Part shown: piece by piece, positions 40,018-52,515 of the stretch
How the letters are laid out: each line of letters starts with the position of its first letter
Numbering within the stretch: position 1 is the first letter of the stretch
Source: Magallana gigas
Taxonomy: Eukaryota
Reading direction: 5' to 3'
DNA length: 64,000 bases
NCBI RefSeq assembly: GCF_963853765.1
Contig: NC_088860.1
Location: 6,200,001-6,264,000, forward strand
The notes under the pieces: model-generated
Told to the model about the DNA's origin: nothing
What the model saw: only the letters and a program-made list of their open reading frames with translations
Database searches by the model: none
Program-made: the position numbers and the translations under genes

Positions 40018-41279
40018 GGAATTCAAGCTTTTTATTAACGGAGGTGTCTGATAAATAAAGCCATTTTTGAATATGTATTTTGACTAAAAGTAATTGCTGT
40101 GTGTCATCCATTAACAATTTTACTTCATCTTGAAAACCACTTGGTATATGTTTACTAGGCAATATTGAATTATTGTTCTATTCTAATATCCTGTCCATTG
40201 TATACTTGTAGAAATACCAAGTATTCATTTTCTGTGCATTAATAATGAAATTGTAAATACTATAAATAAGAATGACTATCAAAGCATGTAGGTCTCTTAT
40301 TACCAAAGTTTACAATATTTGCCTCCAAGAGCTAAGGTATAGATAATCCGAGATTCCGCCGACTCTTGACCCCCTCCCCGCCATTTTCATTGTACTTGAA
40401 AATAATCGATGAATTCGATGCAATGTATTCAGAAGTATTGTTTTTCAAGGAAATGTTATATATCAAATGGTGCGAACAATTTAAATATTTTTCAAGTCGT
40501 ATGTATTCCTACGCAAGAGTTCAGTAAACCTGATTTCGCGCCGTTTCTACAGCGATAGCGTTTGGAATTAATAGCAGACTATCCAATGTAAAAAATAGAA
40601 CCATTAAATATTAACTGCGTAGACTAAACATGCTTGGAAATACTTTTCCAGAAATATTTCAATTACTTATACATAATGCATCGTAGAGTTTGATGGTGTA
40701 AATTCTATCTTTAAATATTACACAAATTACTTATACGAGGTTTTCTCTGTATTGCTCGACATTCTTGTCGCGATTAGAAAAAAATGTGCGTATTCAAATA
40801 CAGCTAAGAGATTTCTTGCCATGCAAAATTATATATCGTTGACTTTAAAATCGATAATAAGATCAACTCTCGTCAGTACTTTAGTACTTTGATTTAGTGT
40901 GAGGGAACCAGCTCATTGAACCCTGCCGTTGGAATATATATCGACTATTTTAATTATTTTAACCATATAAATTTGACTACTTCCAGGGAAACAATGTTTC
41001 TGATTACATTACATAATATTTACCATTTATTTTCTACATCTTTATAGCGGAATGGTTTTCCATTCCTGATCTGTGCTTTTGTGCCAGAGTAAGGGCAAAG
41101 AAGAGTTGATTAACGTTGTCTGATTCTCAGCAATGCGCGATAATTTTTATTATGTCATATGCATTGACAATAAGTGTAAAAACATAAATTTATTACATTG
41201 TGTAAATACATTTTAATAAATGTCTAGTAACTTACAGCTAGAAACGGAACCTGTACCTTTGGATGGTGCTTTATACTGT

Positions 41280-42532
41280 TGTGACAATCACTGTTCATAT
41301 CGAACACACCCAATTTTGTTTTACCCATAATTCTTTGCAACGTGCTTGGCCGACCCTAACAATAGGCGCTAAGTTATACCCGGTCGAGCTGTCCAGCAAT
41401 AAAGACGTGCTTAGTGTGTGAAGGGGGTATCGTGTTAGAAGCCTGTGTGGCATGTTTTAGTTTCACAAGTTCAGCATTTGACGCGGACACGGATAGCTGA
41501 CCGTGGTAAGTATTTATTTAGTTTGGTGTAGTTTATTTGTAAATTTTTGCCTTTTTATTAGTTTTACACAGTCGTCATATAAAGTCACCTTGACCATTGT
41601 TCACTGTAGAGTTACCTGTGTGTTCACTGATGTGTGACTTTAGCGAGAGTGTTTAAATGGAATTCGTCTTTTTCTATAGTACAGTTTTTGCTATTGCTGT
41701 ATAAAGAAACGGTGATTTAAAGGGCTATTTTCTATGCGTTATTTTATTTTACAATTTATTGTCACTTTTTCCACTGTTTACTGTAAACAATAACTTAGTT
41801 ACCATATACTTACAATATTTTGAGATGTTGTCTTTAATATAATACTATTTATACATTATCATAGTTTGATACTATCAGTGAGATACTTATATATGTATTA
41901 TACAATATTATTTTTATTATGGTGTTATGGTGTCACTTGTACACTTATTGTAGTGTCATATTGTTGATGTTGAGAACATGATGATGCGATGGTGATGTCG
42001 ATGACGATGGTGATGTCGATGACGATGCGATGTTCATGTTGATGACGACGATGATGTTATGGTGATGATGACGACGACGATGATGATGATGGTCATGTCG
42101 ATGATGATGATGTAGATGATGTCGTTCATGGTGACGTCGGTGATGATGATGAAGTAGATGATTATGGTGATGACGATGATGTCTATTATGATTATGGTGT
42201 TGTAGGCGATGATGTTGACGATAGTGTCGACGATTATTATGATGACGATGGTGATGATGATGATTGTGGTGACGTAACTACTTTAGTTGTGGTTGTCCGT
42301 AGTTGGTCCAGGACTACAGCCCCGGAGATTCGGACACTCTTCTAATATATTTTTGGTCATTTGTATAAACATCATATTTTTTCTTGTTGAGTGAAAGGTG
42401 TGTGAGTGTTTGTGTGGTTTAGTGTTTATATTTCTATCTTTTCTTTCTTTCTCTTATTTTTTTGTTAATAAATTTTGTTAAATTTAAGATGTCTTGTTGT
42501 TGTTTGGAGTAGCCTCCGCTCATCCCGTTACA
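41280..42532 (+). repeat. 5' LTR (1253 bp)
   Basis: TGTGACAATC...CCCGTTACA; matches 49061-50243 apart from a handful of substitutions and two indels. Confidence 0.95.
41977..42275. repeat. Degenerate (GAY)n trinucleotide tract inside the 5' LTR (copy at about 49806-50104 in the 3' LTR)
   Basis: Direct reading: GAT/GAC/GGT/GTC/TAT triplets. Confidence 0.9.
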
Positions 42533-42534
42533 AT

Positions 42535-42552
42535 TGGTGGCAGCGGTGGGAT
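42535..42552 (+). promoter_or_regulatory. Primer-binding site complementary to the tRNA-Leu 3' end
   Basis: TGGTGGCAGCGGTGGGAT, 2 nt after the LTR, is complementary to ...AUCCCACCGCUGCCACCA, the 3' end of eukaryotic tRNA-Leu(AAG/UAG). Confidence 0.85.
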
Positions 42553-42655
42553 GAGTTGACTCCTCCAGATACTACAAGATATCTTTATAAGTGAACAGTT
42601 GCCAAGGTTTATTTTATTTTTCATTTTTTGAAGTTGGTCTGTCAGTCAATACACC

Positions 42656-43697
42656 ATGTCTACTGTCAAGGAGATGCTGGAGCTACTGGAAGTGGGTACC
42701 AAGATGGGGATGAAGGATGAAGACCTTCAACAATTCGTGAAGGACGAACAGGCCAGAATGCGGGACGAACGTGAGAAACATAGAGTCGAGAGACAGGAGG
42801 AGAGAGAGCGCGACTTCAAACTACAGATGGAGAAAGAGCGCGCCGCAAGAGAACATGATGAGCGAGAGCACGCCCGATTAATAGAAGAAAAGAGACATCA
42901 GCAAAAACTAGAAGAACTGGAACTTGATCACAAACTGCAACTCGAGAGATCTCACATGAAGCCGAGTGTTGTGACTAAAGATGAGAAAGAAACTTCTCAA
43001 GTGATAAAAGGACCAAAACTTCCTCCGTTTGAGGATTCGAAAGACAACATTAACGCGTACATTCAAAGATTTGAGATATACGCAACAACGCAGAAATGGA
43101 ATAAAGACACGTGGGGGACTCATCTTAGCGCATTACTCAAAGGAAAGGCACTGGATGTGTTCGCAAGACTCTCACCAGAAACAGCACTTGATTTCAACGA
43201 GTTGAAGAACGCCCTGTTGAAACGATTTGACATGACGGAGGACGGTTTCCGCAAGAAGTTCCGATTTTCAAAACCAGACGGAAGTGAAACTTTTATGCAA
43301 TTTTCTACCAGACTGGACAGTTACCCTGAGCGGTGGATTCAGCTGTCTAAGACTAACAAGACATTCGATGATCTGAAGGACTTGTTCTTACGTGAACAGT
43401 TTTTATTGTGTTGCTCGAAAGAACTTGCCTTATTCCTAAAGGAGAGGATTCCTACTTCGATCCAAGACATGGCGCGATACGCGGACCAGTTTGCTCAGGC
43501 CAGAACAGTTACATCCTCTTCACTTAGGCAAAAACCGCTCTTTGACAGACGACAGCAGTCCGATAGACAACCGCCGTACAAAGATTCCGTGCAACAAAAC
43601 CAATCTGGAAATGCAGGGAAGTGTTATGAGTGTGGACGACAAGGACATAAAGCCTTAACTGCAACTTCCGCAACAGTCCGAATAACAGGCCGTTTAA
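42656..43697 (+). pseudogene. Retrotransposon gag (coiled-coil N-terminus, SCAN-like capsid domain, CCHC knuckle), frameshifted and interrupted
   Basis: LKNALLKRFDMTEDGFRKKFR...LREQFL...FLKER resembles Gmr1/SCAN gag. CYECGRQGHKA then needs +1 nt near 43655 to restore ..NC. A TTAA element follows at 43698. Confidence 0.8.
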
Positions 43698-44739
43698 CGT
43701 AGCTCGCGGGTTTGCTGACGTCACAATAGGAATCGACGTAAAGAGTTGACCGTCATAGTAAACTCATAAATTTTTTTTTAATGACAAATGAGATATTTAG
43801 AAGTATAAAAGAAAATATTTTAAAAAGCTTATATGCGGTTTATGACTGTTTATACAAAGATTTATAATATCAAGTGCTGAAAATTTAAGGATGTCACATA
43901 CATTGTCACATTTTGTTCTATAAAGATAAAGAATGAGTATGCGTTAGAACTCTTCCATTTAAAGTCATGTTTTAAAATAGAATGTATGCATTAACTTCGC
44001 TTTTTTTTTTACAATTATAACTTCCGTAATCTGTTCTACCGATTAAATTCTTAAATTTCTTCTGGCTTGAGATAACTGTTTTATTCGATTTCTTACTTAT
44101 AATGTCAGTAGTTGCCTGGCATTTTATTTTTGCATTGATTGACTCGGAGTTTCCTAAAAACAAAACTAGCAATTTTCTGTATCTTTACAGCCTTACATTA
44201 ATTGCATTTGATAACATTCACAATAATGTCTAATAAACATTTGCATGTTCTAAAATGTGTTAAACAGCTAGTCTTGTCAATAAATGCATTTCAATTTTTG
44301 GTGTTCCAAGAAGTAAGGAAATGCTGACGTCAGGCTAACGTCGTAATGAAAATATAAGGTTTTGAGAAATCTTTTAAATCTTAAAAGTTTTTTTGCCAAA
44401 ATTTGGCCGAGAACACATACTGATATTTTTTTATGAATTGATTCATAATTATCTCCTCTGTTTTTGTGTTGAGTATGATTAATTTCGTCTGTATCGTTTA
44501 AAAGTTTGGAGCATAGTTTTGTAATGCGTTTCTCGGTTAAAATGTGCATTTTACTATATATTTCATTGAAATGGCGTTGCTTGATTTTATTAATGACACT
44601 GTATTTGAAACACGATAACATTATTACCGCGCAGACGAATCTAAAATAAATTTTAGAAATAAAACTATAAAACCTATGGATCACGTGGTCAAATTTTCAA
44701 GGAAGGTTTTCTCACAAGCAGGTAAACCCGCGAGCTACC
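43698..44739. mobile_element. 1042-bp non-autonomous Kolobok-like element nested in gag
   Basis: TTAA flanks (43694-97, 44740-43); TIR (C/G)GTAGCTCGCGGGTTT. Removing it restores CCG TTT AAT TCG AGC in frame. Confidence 0.85.
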
Positions 44740-44743
44740 TTAA

Positions 44744-45353
44744 TTCGAGCGAGAAACAAGAAACAACACCGAAACATACTTACCCTAGTGATTTTCAACG
44801 TGGGTCGTACAATAATGGGAACCATGGATATCCAGGACGCGGTAGAGGTCGCCAAGGAGCCGCGAGTGTCGTCGAGAAAGATGGAAACATACCGTGTGTT
44901 GGTGATTCGATTGCTTTCTGTGAAACGGAAATGCCAGTTGTGAAGGGATGTGTTGGCAATAAACTAGTGACTGTGCTTAGAGACACAGGTTGTAGTGGTG
45001 CCGTTATTCGTAGAGAACTGGTAAACGATGATCAACTAACAGGGACATCTCAACGATGCAAGTTAGCAGACGGTCGTATTATTGATTCAGATGTGGCTAG
45101 AATTGATGTCGATACTCCTTACTTTACCGGAGGTGTTGATGCTTGGTGCTTTGATTCGCCTTCGTACGATCTTATTCTTGGTAATATTCGTGGAGTAAGG
45201 AAACCACATGGACCAAATCCAGCCTGGATTCATTCCGTTGAAAACATCGCAGCTGTTGAAACGCGTGCGCAACTGAAAAAGAAGCAGTCTCCATACAAAC
45301 CATTGAAAGTACCGGAAGCAATACGGGATGTATCGCCGGAGGATATCTTATAA
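44744..45353 (+). pseudogene. Retrotransposon gag tail and aspartic protease, ending in a premature TAA
   Basis: VLRDTGCSGAVI protease motif and YDLILGN. TAA at 45351-53 is followed in the same frame by EQRNDETL... into the 45444 ORF. Confidence 0.85.
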
Positions 45354-47136
45354 GAACAACGAAACGATGAGACACTGAAAAAGTTATGGAGCTTAGCTGA
45401 GAGTGGACAGCTTAAACATTTCAGTGATGGCGGATTTTCAAAAATGTGTGAACGGAAGCAAATGTTGTTCAGAGAATTTTGCAGTCCAAAAGTGTCTAAT
45501 GGAAAACTTTTCCGACAGTTAATCGTTCCCCGGAAATACAGAACTATCGTTATGAAGATAGCACATGAAACGCTGATGGGTGGTCATCTGGGATCAAAGA
45601 AAACAACCGACAGAGTAGTGTCCGAATTTTACTGGCCAGGAATTCAGTCAGACATTAGACGGTTTTGCAGATCATGTGACGTGTGTCAGCAGACTATTCC
45701 GAAAGGAAATGTACCCGCAGTACCGTTAGGACAAATGCCGCTAATTACAGAAGCGTTTCAACGAGTAGCAGTTGATCTTATAGGCCCTCTCCAACCAGTT
45801 ACCGACAAAGGGAATCGTTACATTCTGACGCTTGTCGATTACGCAACCCGTTATCCCGAGGCTATTCCACTTCCTGGAATTGAGACAGAGCGAGTAGCGG
45901 AGGCACTGGTAGACATCTTTAGTAGATTAGGAGTTCCGGTCGAGATGCTAACAGATCAAGGATCGCAATTCACATCGGACGTAATGAAAGAAGTGAGCCG
46001 TCTGTTGTCATTTAAACGGATTACTACTACTCCGTATCACCCCATGTGTAATGGACTCGTCGAGAAGTTCAATGGTACGTTGAAACAGATGCTAAAGAGG
46101 ATGTGTGCTGAGCGACCAAGAGACTGGGATAAGTGCATCAACCCATTACTCTTTGCATACCGTGAAGTACCACAGGAGAGCCTTGGTTTTTCGCCGTTTG
46201 ATCTTCTCTATGGACGTAATGTTCGTGGTCCGATGACAATTCTTAAAGAACTTTGGACAAAGGAAATTCCTGACGAGGACGTTAAGACAACGTATCAATA
46301 CGTACTTGACTTACGCACACGATTGGAAGAAACATGTGACATAGCTCGCCAAAACTTGGAGAAAGCTTCAAAACGTCAGCGCAAGTACTACAACAGGAAA
46401 ACGCAAGTTCGTCAGATGAAAGAGGGAGACACAGTACTGGTTCTTTTACCGACAAAGTCAAACAAACTCCTCATGCAATGGAAGGGACCTTACAGTGTAA
46501 TACAGAAGATAGGACAGATAGACTACAAGATCGATATGGGAGGCAAGCTGAAAACTTTCCATGCAAATCTTCTGAAGAAGTATGTTGAACGAGATACATT
46601 GAACTGTGGTGTTTTGTCAACATGTGCAATTTCACTCATAGACTTTAGTGACCTAGATGATGATGAACAACAGGACTCTCTTCTTATGCCACCTGTTACT
46701 CAAACCGAAACAGCAAAGGACATAAAGTTTGCAGACAGACTAACACCAGATCAGTTGGAAACCGCTAAATCACTGTGTGATTCGTTCTCAGATGTATTTA
46801 CGGATATACCTGGAATGACGAACTTAGTGGAGCATAAGATTGTTGTGACATCGTCTGAACCCGTGCGTGTGAAACCATATCCAATTCCGTTCAGTACAGA
46901 GAAAACAATTACAGAAGAAGTTCAGAAAATGCTGCAGTTGAATGTGATTGAGCCATCATCTTCCCCTTATTCAGCTCCAGTTGTCATAGCTCGGAAAAAA
47001 GATGGAGCGAACCGATTTTGCATTGATTATAGACGACTTAACAGTGCTACGGTATTTGATGCGGAACCAATGCCCAGTCCAGAAAGCATATTTTCCAAAA
47101 TGACCGGAAAGAAGTTTGTGTCAAAGATAGACTTAA
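45354..47136 (+). pseudogene. Retrotransposon integrase (HHCC, DDE core, GPY/F) followed by the N-terminal part of RT
   Basis: AHETLMGGHLG...CRSCDVC, VDLIGP, TDQGSQF, PYHPMCNGLVEKFN, QWKGPY, then PYPIP...SSPYSAPVV...RFCIDYRRLN...SKIDL. Confidence 0.9.
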
Positions 47137-47980
47137 AGCTGACATGAATTCATAAATACGCATTATTTCCCTTTTATCTCCGACTACCGCCATATTTGTT
47201 CTCGAATTCTATTGTTCTGCTCATCGCTACACACCCCCTATATAAGCTGAGAGCACTATTCATGCTTCACCGCATTCAGGTATTTCATGCACCCAAACAC
47301 GTTGCCTTGGACGAAAAGACGTGTAGAAACGCGTTTTGAAGAAAAATAAAATGACAACCACTGCACTGGCAAGATATATCCAATACACGATGAAACAAGA
47401 CAGGCTGAAATCCAGGCGCAGATACTTATAAAATTCCTCGATAATTGTGGACCGTTTTCCTGTGTATGTTATAACATCGCACATGCGCAAACAACACACT
47501 GCGGCAGATCGAGCAATGTCAATGATCGTATGGATTTTAGAAACGGTGGAACGGATGGAAACGATGTTACATTGTCATTTTCTTGGATTTACTATCATTT
47601 ATCTACTGTGTTCGATGTAGTGCCGCCGGGGTTTATTAAAAAGACACAGACGTTATTCACTCTGTATGAAAGACACACGTGTTCGATGTGAATGCGTTGT
47701 GAGGCAGCACTGTATGTGCAAAATGATAAATTTATCTGGAAAATCCTTTCACAGAATGAACATATTTTGTATTTCATTGATTGTTGTTTTCTTTATTCTT
47801 TACTACAAACATTTTACTACAATATGTAGTTCATGCATTTAGAAGTCCGTGCAACCTGAATGCCTCGACTGGAAAGCAACCGACCGTAACTTTCTCAACC
47901 GATATATATACCCCAGTGGCAGTAGAGGAGCGATCGAAACTAATATGGCGACCAAATGCTTTTATGAATTCATGTCAGCT
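47137..47980. mobile_element. 844-bp non-autonomous Kolobok-like element nested in RT
   Basis: Perfect 20-bp TIR AGCTGACATGAATTCATAAA with TTAA flanks (47133-36, 47981-84). Removing it restores IDLSKGYW. Confidence 0.9.
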
Positions 47981-48943
47981 TTAAGCAAAGGATACTGGCA
48001 AGTACCGATGGCTGACGAGAGTAAGCCGCTTACAGCCTTTTCCACACCATCCGGATTGTACCATTTCATGTCAATGCCGTTTGGTCTTGTAAACGCGCCG
48101 GCAACATTTAGTCGTATGATGAGAAAACTACTTCAAGGTATGAACGGCGTAGAGAACTTTATTGATGATGTCATTGTTTTTACAGATACCTTTGAAGAAC
48201 ATCTACACATACTGAAGACTGTGTTCGAACGACTCAGAGATGCGGGACTTACGGCCAGACCGACAAAATGTTTCATCGGATTTGACAAGATTGACTGTTT
48301 GGGACATATGGTGGGCAACAAGTGTGTAGAACCAGAACAGGACAAGATTGATGCAGTCAGAAATGCGCCAATACCACAAACCAAGAAACAGGTTCGTGCC
48401 TTCCTAGGCTTAGCAGGATTCTACAGAAAGTTTATTCCGAATTTCTCTGCGATAGCCATTCCACTTTCTGATCTTACGAAGAAGGGCCAACGGACTGAAA
48501 GTCAGCAACGAGCTTTTGATACATTGAAACACATGTTATCAGAGAGGCCAATATTGAAGTTGCCAGAGTTTAATGAAACCTTCATTTTACGCACGGACGC
48601 TGCAGATGATGGGATAGGTGCTGTGCTGTTACAGATGGAGGATGACGAGAAACTACCCGTAGCGTACGCCAGTAGGAAACTTCAACCAAGAGAAAAGGCA
48701 TACGCTGTTATCGAGAAGGAGTGTTTGGCGGTAGTGTGGGGAATACAGAAGTTCCATCAGTACCTTTATGGACGCGATTTTCTACTTGAAACTGATCACC
48801 AACCCCTGACCTACCTCAACAAAGCAAAGACAGAGAACTCCAGATTGATGCGTTGGGCTTTGCAGCTTCAGCCATACCGCTATAGGATCATTGCGATCAA
48901 AGGAAGCGACAATGTGGGTGCGGATTACCTGAGTCGTCAGTGA
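47981..48943 (+). pseudogene. Retrotransposon RT core and RNase H
   Basis: LSKGYWQVPM, MPFGLVNAPATF, FIDDVIV, FLGLAGFYRKFI, TDAADDGIGAVL, EKECLAVVWGI, TDHQPL, ADYLSR. Confidence 0.9.
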
Positions 48944-49047
48944 GATGTATAGTAGACAGTACAGGTATGTATATAGGTTTTATTGTAAATACGTGAGAAT
49001 TTTCAAAATTCAGTGATTGTTTATTTGAAATTGTGGGACAATTTTTT

Positions 49048-49058
49048 AAGGGAGGAGG
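49048..49058 (+). promoter_or_regulatory. Polypurine tract
   Basis: AAGGGAGGAGG immediately before the 3' LTR. Confidence 0.85.
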
Positions 49059-49060
49059 TG

Positions 49061-50243
49061 TGTGACAATCACTGTTCATATCGAACACACCCAATTTTGT
49101 TTTACCCATAATTCTTTGCAACGTGCTTGGCCGACCCTAACAATAGGCGCTAAGTTATACCCGGCCGAGCTGTCCAGCAATAAAGACGTGCTTAGTGTGT
49201 GAAGGGGGTATCGTGTTAGAAGCCTGTGTGGCATGTTTTAGTTTCACAAGTTCAGCATTTGACGCGGACACGGATAGCTGACCGTGGTAAGTATTTATTT
49301 AGTTTGGTGTAGTTTATTTGTAAATTTTTGCCTTTTTATTAGTTTTACGCAGTCGTCCTATAAAGTCACCTTGACCATTGTTCACTGTAGAGTTACCTGT
49401 GTGTTCACTTATGTGTGACTTTAGCGAGAGTGTTTAAATGGAATTCGTCTTTTTCTATAGTACAGTTTTTGCTATTGCTGTATAAAGAAACGGTGATTTA
49501 AAGGGCTATTTTCTATGCGTTATTTTATTTTACAATTTATTGTCACTTTTTCCACTTAACTACTTGGGCGGAATTGCGTCACCGGAAGTCTCAGACGCCA
49601 TATTGTTTACTGTAAACAATAACTTAGTTACCATATACTTACAATATTTTGAGATGTTGCCTTTAATATAATACTATTTATACATTATTATAGTTTGATA
49701 CTATCAGTGAGATACTTATATATGTATTATACAATATTATTTTTATTATGGTGTTATGGTGTCACTTGTACACTTATTGTAGTGTCATATTGTTGATGTT
49801 GAGAACATGATGATGCGATGGTGATGTCGATGACGATGGTGATGTCGATGACGATGCGATGTTCATGTTGATGACGACGATGATGTTATGGTGATGATGA
49901 CGACGACGATGATGATGATGGTCATGTCGATGATGATGATGTAGATGATGTCGTTCATGGTGACGTCGGTGATGATGATGAAGTAGATGATTATGGTGAT
50001 GACGATGATGTCTATTATGATTATGGTGTTGTAGGCGATGATGTTGACGATAGTGTCGACGATTATTATGATGACGATGGTGATGATGATGATTGTGGTG
50101 ACGTAAATACTTTAGTTGTGGTTGTCCGTAGTTGGTCCAGGACTACAGCCCCGGAGATTCGGACACTCTTCTAATATATTTTTGGTCATTAAATTTAAGA
50201 TGTCTTGTTGTTGTTTGGAGTAGCCTCCGCTCATCCCGTTACA
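49061..50243 (+). repeat. 3' LTR (1183 bp)
   Basis: Matches the 5' LTR; followed by TSD ACTGT. Confidence 0.95.
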
Positions 50244-50668
50244 ACTGTAAATGCTAGCTATTAAGGTTGATAATGATACCAACATAGTTAATGATAACCT
50301 GTCTTCTTATGTTTTGACTTTATTTCATTTTACATTCTTGATTGTATCCAATAGTTAATGCAGTGGTATTTGTATAAAATTAGCAACATGTTTTTAGTAT
50401 GGTCAGCTATCATATTTCTGGTTCTTTTAACCATTAAAATGAAAACTTCCCGTTTGGTTATTTCAGTTTATGACTTTGCAAATTGTAATTGAATACGATT
50501 ACAATCAAGTTGCATTGTTTAAAAAATGTCTATGAATTATCATTTTATTAATTGATAAACAAGAGAAATTAAATAGAAAACACATGTTTTTGAGTCATAA
50601 ACATAAAAACTGGGACTGTTTTCAGTCATCAATGATTGTCAAAATACCACAGAAACACAGCGCTTTGG

Positions 50669-50742
50669 TATAAATAAGGGACCAAGTAAATTTTTCGCTA
50701 CAGAAATCGGTTCACCCACTCAACGAAGCACCATAACCAAAG
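50669..50742 (+). promoter_or_regulatory. TATA box (50669-50676) and non-coding exon 1 of Gly-rich gene 3
   Basis: TATAAATA ... CCAAAG|GTAAGA. Confidence 0.75.
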
Positions 50743-51628
50743 GTAAGATAGAAAGGATTGTTTGATATAACTGTATGGTTTTTTTTTTTTACTTCAAGTG
50801 CATTTCGGTAAAGAAATCACAAAAAATGAATTGTCGAATTCTCAATTAGGAAAGTGAAACAGCTGGAAACACGTGTGATTAACTTCAGATTTACCCATTG
50901 TTTCGTTAGGAAATTAGAAATAACGTTGATTGTAACAGTTAAAATAGATAAAAATCTCTTTCAAGTACCTAATTAATGTAATGATAAGCTTCCAGAAATT
51001 TAAGAGTCGTACAAACCGGAATAATTTTATATCGTTTATTTGAACCACGTGGAATTTGATTGACAGTAATTGACATTTGCCCGACTTCGATCATCAAGGT
51101 AAAAAGGACTCTCTAAACGGAACACATCATCACTTTCTCGATAATCTATCAATGGTTTACCAATTTCGGTTCATTTTAAAATGGACAGGCATAAATGTGT
51201 CAAATACCCCTCAAGGGGCCTGACGTACAAAAAAGAATTAAGGTTGCAGTCAACTCCTATGGTAAGGACGCAAAATACATGCTTACAAAATAATAATTGT
51301 GGTTATTTAAAAAACTTTAAACAATAATTACCTGGGAGAAGTAGAAAAGACATGCTTTTATCAACAAGCATGTACAGGAGAATCTTTGCGAGCCCTGCAT
51401 GTGTTTTGTTTACAGTAAATATGCATGCGTAATAGTTAAGAAGGCTGACCCCTAAAACTTTGCAATGTAAATATGTGAGGTTATACGAAATTATTAATTT
51501 TAATGAAATAATTAGATTTATTTCATGGGGAACTTTGTAATTTTCTGAAAGTTTATACATTCATGAGTAGTACGAAAATACCGAACTTGATCGGATTTTT
51601 GATAAGATGCGCCGTGCTGTCTCTTTAA

Positions 51629-52515
51629 GGACGTCGTTTACTCAGGGTTTGAGTTCTCAAATTCCGGATTGTTAAAAAGTTCAATGTCATGAGTAAAATT
51701 TGTTCTAAACACTAAAAGTATTTATGAAATGAATTATTATTGACAAACCATTCGACATTTTTACTATATCATGGAATTAGGTTCAAACAAAGTTGGACTT
51801 TTAGCAAAACAGAGGAAATTCGGACTAAAATTTTTAGATTTCGTTTTTCACTTAAATATTTTTGGTAGTTGTGTAATATTCAAAGTAAAGATTTTATTTG
51901 TTAGTGAACATAATTTTGCATATTTTCTGTTGGTTTTATCTCACTTTTTCATTTAGATATTTGAATGGCACACACTACAAAAATATTGAAAAATGCTTAA
52001 AAACGATAAAAGACAACATATCTCAAAATTTTGATCATTGACCTCATATAACTTTTATACCAGCAGAGTAAGGTCAATATGCTTAGTTTAAAGCTATAAA
52101 TGTTTTAGTATTATCATCATTCAATTTTTTGTAAAATTGAATCAAAAAAGGTTAGGAATTTGAAAACTGATAGAGGAAATTCGGACTGGAATATTAAAAA
52201 AAATTGTGGATGAAAACTTAATGATTTGTGTCTGTTCAGTGTCACTGCCATTCATAAAATGTTTTTCATTTTTAAAAGAGTTAAGCAATTTGTATTATTT
52301 TCACAATTAAGAAAAATTCAATCATGGTATAAAATTTTTAGGGACTTTTCTTATATTTTCAAAAAATATTCAGTGGCCATTATCTCAAAAAGTAGGTCAT
52401 TGACCTACTTTTTTGAAAGTGGAAAATAACACTACAATGATAGGTCTTTCACACACAATAGATGGTTTTTCATTATCATCAGTGGATTTTTTTTCATTCT
52501 GAGTAAACGTATACC
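51629..52515. mobile_element. 887-bp non-autonomous Kolobok-like element in intron 1 of gene 3
   Basis: TTAA flanks (51625-28, 52516-19) and imperfect TIR GG(ACGT/TATA)CGTTTACTCAG. The empty site CTCTTTAAGAAACC is present in the copy-2 intron near 31440. Confidence 0.85.

Larger units (their letters stand above)
41280..50243 (+). mobile_element. Full-length, inactivated Ty3/gypsy LTR retrotransposon of the Gmr1-like type (gag-PR-IN-RT-RH)
   Basis: TG...CA LTRs, 5-bp TSD ACTGT (41275-79 and 50244-48), empty site TTATACTGTAAATGC in spacer 1 near 29951, PBS, PPT, and recognisable gag/pol domains. Confidence 0.95.

Noticed and set aside
44676-44743. N-terminal MDHVVKFS... of the protease ORF and MQPECLDW... 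(47849-47980) of the RT ORF as real starts
   Set aside because: Both derive from the right ends of the nested TTAA elements.
48944-49060. env-like ORF in the LTR element
   Set aside because: Only about 115 bp separate the pol stop from the 3' LTR.
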